A stretch of 57,090 nt of DNA, counting the filler, from Candidatus Tectimicrobiota bacterium (GTDB lineage: Bacteria > JACPUC01): the NCBI GenBank assembly GCA_016192455.1. It is 5 parts of 5 records of this genome, joined end to end, with 100 filler letters (N's around TTAATTAATTAA, not from the genome) between each part and the next. Parts side by side here need not be neighbours in the genome. Positions count along the whole stretch, not along the records: positions 47,714 to 57,090 come from JACPUC010000022.1; 4 more parts are not named here. One strand, given 5' to 3'. Position numbers and translations under genes: made by a program. Below the pieces are notes generated by a model that saw only the letters and a program-made list of their open reading frames with translations, searched no databases and was not told the DNA's origin. Of this stretch, positions 53,264 through 57,090 are shown one piece after another (position 1 is the stretch's first letter; every line of letters starts with the position of its first letter).

Positions 53264-53698
53264 CTAAATATCTTTACTGAAGTTGATGAGACTCCCCTCC
53301 GCGAATCCCAGGGAGCGGAAGTAAGCAAGAAGGTTCTCCGCGTCGCGCTCCACCATGGTCTGCACCTTGGTGATCTGGGACTTCTTGAAGTGCTCGATGA
53401 TCGCCGCCGCCAACAGGTGCCCGATCCCTTTCCCCTGGTAGCCGGGATCAATGCCGAGGATTTCAATCCAGCCGCTCTGCGGCGCCCCGAACTCCCAGTC
53501 CTTGCGCTCGCCTAAAAGGAAGCCGATGACCTTGCCGTCCGCCTCGGCAACCAGGCAGGCGCCCGGGTCGAGGCCGGAGTAAATGATGATCTTGTTCTTC
53601 CAGTAGGACTCCCGCGCCTTCCCCGTAACCTTCTGATCAATGGCGATAATCGAGTCGATGTCGCGCCAGGTCAGCTTGCGGATGGTGGCGTCGCTCAC
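53264..53698 (-). CDS. GNAT family N-acetyltransferase
   Basis: VAEADGKVIGF, GIDPGYQGKGIG, YFRSLGF. Confidence 0.92.
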   Translation of the reverse strand: MSDATIRKLTWRDIDSIIAIDQKVTGKARESYWKNKIIIYSGLDPGACLVAEADGKVIGFLLGERKDWEFGAPQSGWIEILGIDPGYQGKGIGHLLAAAIIEHFKKSQITKVQTMVERDAENLLAYFRSLGFAEGSLINFSKDI

Positions 53699-53799
53699 AC
53701 GGAATCCTCCTGCGTGGGAGCCGGCAAGGGATGAGCCGAGCCGCGCCCGCGATCAGCCGGCTCGACCTCCGCTGCGCCCCGGCCGCTCCGCGGCGCGTG

Positions 53800-55461
53800 T
53801 TACTGGGGCGCCTCCGCCAGCGACACCGCGGCCATGGGCTGCAGCGTCCAGGTGATGCCGCTGTCGAGGGGCGAGAGCTGGACGCCGCGAACCTCCGGCT
53901 TGATGAGCACCGTCGTGGTGTAGTGGAACAGGAAGATCGCCGGCGCCAGCTCGAGGATGCGCTGTTCTGCTTCCTGGTACAGCCGCCGGCGCTCTTCCCA
54001 CACCGGGGTTTGCAGCGCCCGGTCGAGCAGGGCATTGACCGCGGCGTCGTTCAGGCGCGTCTTGTTGCCGAGGGGGCCGCGATTTTTGCCGTGGAAGAGC
54101 ACCTCCAGGAAGTTCTGCGGGTCTGGGTAATCGGCAATCCATCCCATGCGGAAGAGGTCGAACTCGGCTCCGCTGTCAAGGAGATCGAGGTAGGCAGCCC
54201 AGTCGAGCGTGCGTATTGTCACACGCACCCCCAGGTTTTGCAACTGAGCCTGGATGAACTCGGCCACCTTGGCGTGCGTGGCGTCGGTGTTGTGGAAGAG
54301 GATGAGCCGGGGCAACCCCTGGCCGCCGGGGTAGCCCGCCTCCGCCAGCAGCCGCCGCGCCAGGTCGGGGTTGTAAGGGTAGGCGTTGAGGTCAGGCTGG
54401 TGCCCGGGCATGGCGGGCGGCAGAATGCCGCCGGCCGGGGTGGCGCGCCCCTCCATGATGACGCGCGTCAGGGTATGGCGGTCGATGGCGTGGGAGAGAG
54501 CCCGGCGCAGCTTCAGGTTGTTTTGGAAGGGTGGGCGCTCCAGGTTCAGGCCGAGGTAGTAGACCCCCAGGATGGGGAGCTGCACGAGCTGCGCCCGCAG
54601 CACGGGGTCGCTGCGGACGCTCTCGTAGTGGCCGCTCGGGATGTCGGTGTGGTGCAGGGTGCCGGCCTTATACTCCTCGAACCGGGTCGTCTCCTCGGGG
54701 ATGATGCGAAACTCGATGCGGGCCAACGCCGCTGGGCCGTTCCAGTAGCCCTCGAAGCGCTCCAGCAGGAGGCGATCGTCGTGGCGCCAGGTGACCAGGC
54801 GGAAGGGTCCCGTGCCGACGGGATGCGAGGTGAAATCGGCCCCGAAGCGCTCGGCGGCCTCGCGGTCAACGACGTTGGCGGAGGTGTAGGCGAGCAGCCC
54901 CAGGAAGGGCGGGAAGGGGTGCTCCAGGGTAAGCCGGAGCGTCGCCGCGTCGAGGACTTCGATGCCGCGCACCGAGGCGGCTTTCCCTGCCATGAAGTCG
55001 CGGGCGCCGCTGAGCTGGTCGAGCACCCAGGTGCGCTTCGACTGGGTGCGCGGGTCAAGCAGACGCTGGAAGCTGTAGCGCGCGTCCTCGGCGCTCAGCT
55101 CGCGGCCGCTGTGGAAGCGCACGCCGCGGCGCAGGTGGAAAGTCCACTGCGTGCCGTCGGCGTTGGACTCCCAGCGCTCGGCCAGGGCAGCTTGGATGGT
55201 CAAGGTTTGGTCATAGCGCACCAGCCCCTCGAAGAGGTTATTGATGACGCTGGCGGAGGTGGTGTCGGTCGCCTGCGCCGGATCGAGGGTGGGCGGGTCG
55301 GAGCCGAGGGGGAAGTGGTAGACCTTCCCGGCACGCGCCCCAGCGGCGGGCCCCGGCGCCTCCCCGCCGCAGCCGGGGAGGAGGAGCGCCAGCAGCAGGG
55401 CGAGCGCCAGGGAACGCGCCGCGAAAGCGAACCTATGAGGGCGGGCCGTTCTCTCGCGCAT
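53800..55461 (-). CDS. ABC transporter substrate-binding lipoprotein, family 5 (OppA/DppA-like)
   Basis: Lipobox LLPGC; DPPTLDP, NLFEGLV, PVGTGPF, GWIADYPDP. Confidence 0.95.
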   Translation of the reverse strand: MRERTARPHRFAFAARSLALALLLALLLPGCGGEAPGPAAGARAGKVYHFPLGSDPPTLDPAQATDTTSASVINNLFEGLVRYDQTLTIQAALAERWESNADGTQWTFHLRRGVRFHSGRELSAEDARYSFQRLLDPRTQSKRTWVLDQLSGARDFMAGKAASVRGIEVLDAATLRLTLEHPFPPFLGLLAYTSANVVDREAAERFGADFTSHPVGTGPFRLVTWRHDDRLLLERFEGYWNGPAALARIEFRIIPEETTRFEEYKAGTLHHTDIPSGHYESVRSDPVLRAQLVQLPILGVYYLGLNLERPPFQNNLKLRRALSHAIDRHTLTRVIMEGRATPAGGILPPAMPGHQPDLNAYPYNPDLARRLLAEAGYPGGQGLPRLILFHNTDATHAKVAEFIQAQLQNLGVRVTIRTLDWAAYLDLLDSGAEFDLFRMGWIADYPDPQNFLEVLFHGKNRGPLGNKTRLNDAAVNALLDRALQTPVWEERRRLYQEAEQRILELAPAIFLFHYTTTVLIKPEVRGVQLSPLDSGITWTLQPMAAVSLAEAPQ

Positions 55462-55542
55462 GACGAGGAGCAAGTCCAAGAGGGCGGCATCCGCCGCTGG
55501 GGAGGAGGCAGCCGGGCGGGAGCGGCCCGGACGCGGCGGCGG

Positions 55543-56706
55543 TCAGGATGCTACACCGGGTGACGTCGGCTGGCGGCGGGCGAGGTACGTCTTCAGGCGA
55601 CGCATCGCTTCGCGGAGGTTCTCCAGGGAGTTGGCATAGCTGAAGCGCAGGTGGCCTTCACCGCAACTGCCGAAATCAATCCCCGGCGCCACGGCGACCC
55701 CCGCCTCGACCAGGAGCTCCCGCGCGAAGGCGAGAGAGTCCTGGCTGAAGGCGTCGATGCGCGCGAACACGTAGAAGGCCCCGCGCGGCTCGCCGGCGAT
55801 GCTGAAGCCGAGATCGGGCAGCGCCGCCAGGAGGTAGCGGCGGCGCTCGTCGTAGGTCCGCACCATGCGCGCCACGTCCTCCCCGGCGTGGCGCAGGGCG
55901 GCAAGGGCCGCCTGCTGGGCGACGGAGCCGGCGGAGATGAAGAGGTTCTGCTGCAGCGTGCGCAGGTCTCGCATGCTGCGCGGCGGCGCGATCAGGAAGC
56001 CCAAGCGCCAGCCCGGCATGGCGAAAAGCTTCGAGAACCCGTTCAGAACGAACGCCTCCTCCGTGAACTCCAAAATGCTGCGGCACGGGCCTTCGTACAC
56101 CAGCCCATGGTAGATTTCGTCCGCGATCAGCGGCACCGGCAGCTTCGCAAGCTGCGCCAGAAGCTCCGGCGGCGTCACGCAGCCGGTGGGGTTCGCCGGC
56201 GAGTTGATGAGCAGCGCGGCGGTGTCGCGCCGCAGGTGGGCGCGCAGGGCGTCAATGTCGAACTGAAAGTTGACGCGCGCCGCAACGGGCAGGCAGCGCG
56301 GCACGCCTCCCACCTCGTGGACGAAGTTCGGGTAGCAGGCGTAGTGCGGATCGCTGAGCAGCACCTCCTGACCCGGCGCGACCAGCACGGAGAGGGCGAG
56401 GAGCAGGCCTGCCGAAGTGCCGGAGGTGACGAGCACCTGATCAGGCTGGAGCTGCACACCGTAGCGCTCGCCGTAGCGCCGGCAGATTTCCTCCCGCAGC
56501 GCGGGGATGCCGAGGCTGTGGGTATAGGGCGCGCGCCCCTCGCGGATGGCGCGCGTCGCCGCCTCCTGCACGCAGGCTGGACAGGGGAAGTCCGGCTCGC
56601 CCAGCTCGAGGTGCATGACGGAGTGCCCCGCGGCCTCGAGCTCCTGAGCCAGCTCCATGATCTCCATGGCGAAAAACGGCTTGATGTGGCGCAGGCGCGG
56701 GTTCAT
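55543..56706 (-). CDS. PLP-dependent aminotransferase class I/II
   Basis: LGEPDF, NSPANPTG, DEIYHGL, NGFSKLFAMPGWRLG, LRFSYA. Confidence 0.95.
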   Translation of the reverse strand: MNPRLRHIKPFFAMEIMELAQELEAAGHSVMHLELGEPDFPCPACVQEAATRAIREGRAPYTHSLGIPALREEICRRYGERYGVQLQPDQVLVTSGTSAGLLLALSVLVAPGQEVLLSDPHYACYPNFVHEVGGVPRCLPVAARVNFQFDIDALRAHLRRDTAALLINSPANPTGCVTPPELLAQLAKLPVPLIADEIYHGLVYEGPCRSILEFTEEAFVLNGFSKLFAMPGWRLGFLIAPPRSMRDLRTLQQNLFISAGSVAQQAALAALRHAGEDVARMVRTYDERRRYLLAALPDLGFSIAGEPRGAFYVFARIDAFSQDSLAFARELLVEAGVAVAPGIDFGSCGEGHLRFSYANSLENLREAMRRLKTYLARRQPTSPGVAS

Positions 56707-56956
56707 CGTCGCTGCCACCTCGGGGTGATGAAGGGGGCGGGTCAGGAGGGGCAGGCGCACACGCGGCCTCCTTGCCTGCCCGCCTCCCACCTTAGCATAG
56801 AACCCCCCTGGCCGCGAACCTCCTCATCCTGGCGGGCGGCGGCGCCTCGGGGTGCGGAGAAGGCTCCGGGCTGGGCCGCGCGGCGGCGCCGCGGAACCTG
56901 GACCGCCGGCTGCTGGAGGGGTTGGGGCGCCACCGCTACCTCTGCCGCCGCCGCTA

Positions 56957-57090
56957 GTACTTAGTTGCGTAATTCAGTTATACGCCTCGTAAGGGTGACT
57001 GGGTGGACGACCGTTTTGCGCCACTCGAAGGGGGCGGCCTCAGGATTATAGGCGGCGATGAACGCTTCGATGGCGGCGCGCAGCTCAGCC
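56957..57090 (-). mobile_element. IS630-family element, right end with transposase C-terminus
   Basis: CTA|GTACTTAGTTGCGT IR. The minus strand reads AELRAAIEAFIAAYNPEAAPFEWRK...ELRN*. Confidence 0.9.

Noticed and set aside
56790-56954. Gly/Pro-rich reading frame possibly interrupted by IS630
   Set aside because: Low-complexity sequence with no identifiable family, so it cannot be supported.

Overview
GC-rich bacterial DNA, probably from a draft genome or MAG, made of five contigs joined by artificial 100-bp N44-TTAATTAATTAA-N44 linkers (4423-4522, 18038-18137, 26907-27006, 47614-47713). Adjacency across a linker is not biological. Contig 1 (1-4422) looks like a decaying plasmid/phage/ICE segment. 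It carries an orphan, divergent beta sliding clamp (DnaN), two ORFs with clamp-binding motifs, IS630 and IS150 remnants, a ~220-nt hairpin-rich non-coding region followed directly by a type III hammerhead ribozyme, several tiny genes and a ParB interrupted by an in-frame TAG. Contig 2 has a small toxin-antitoxin hotspot (DUF4160/DUF2442 between 25-bp direct repeats; hicBA followed by an attC-like site; an IS1380 remnant fused to hpf), then metabolic genes (crotonase, qor, gltD, msrA, nitroreductase, diheme cytochrome c, amidase, EamA pair). Contig 3 has MFS, GNAT, aspS, era and a tandemly duplicated phytoene-dehydrogenase-like gene. Contig 4 has a ~9.5-kb respiratory operon (two large membrane proteins, an NAD(P)H/FAD/Fe-S oxidoreductase, Rieske, fused cytochrome b, three multiheme c cytochromes). 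It also has a UxxC selenoprotein missed by the ORF track, gmd/epimerase, a methyltransferase, a nitrilase, a ferredoxin, a candidate small RNA and a FadF/HdrD-like protein. Contig 5 (TPP enzyme, MFS, M24-fold protein, GNAT, peptide-binding lipoprotein, aminotransferase) lies between two ends of one IS630 family element. GTAG-type REP palindromes are dispersed. No rRNA, tRNA or CRISPR array was seen. All calls come from reading motifs by eye; no database searches were run.
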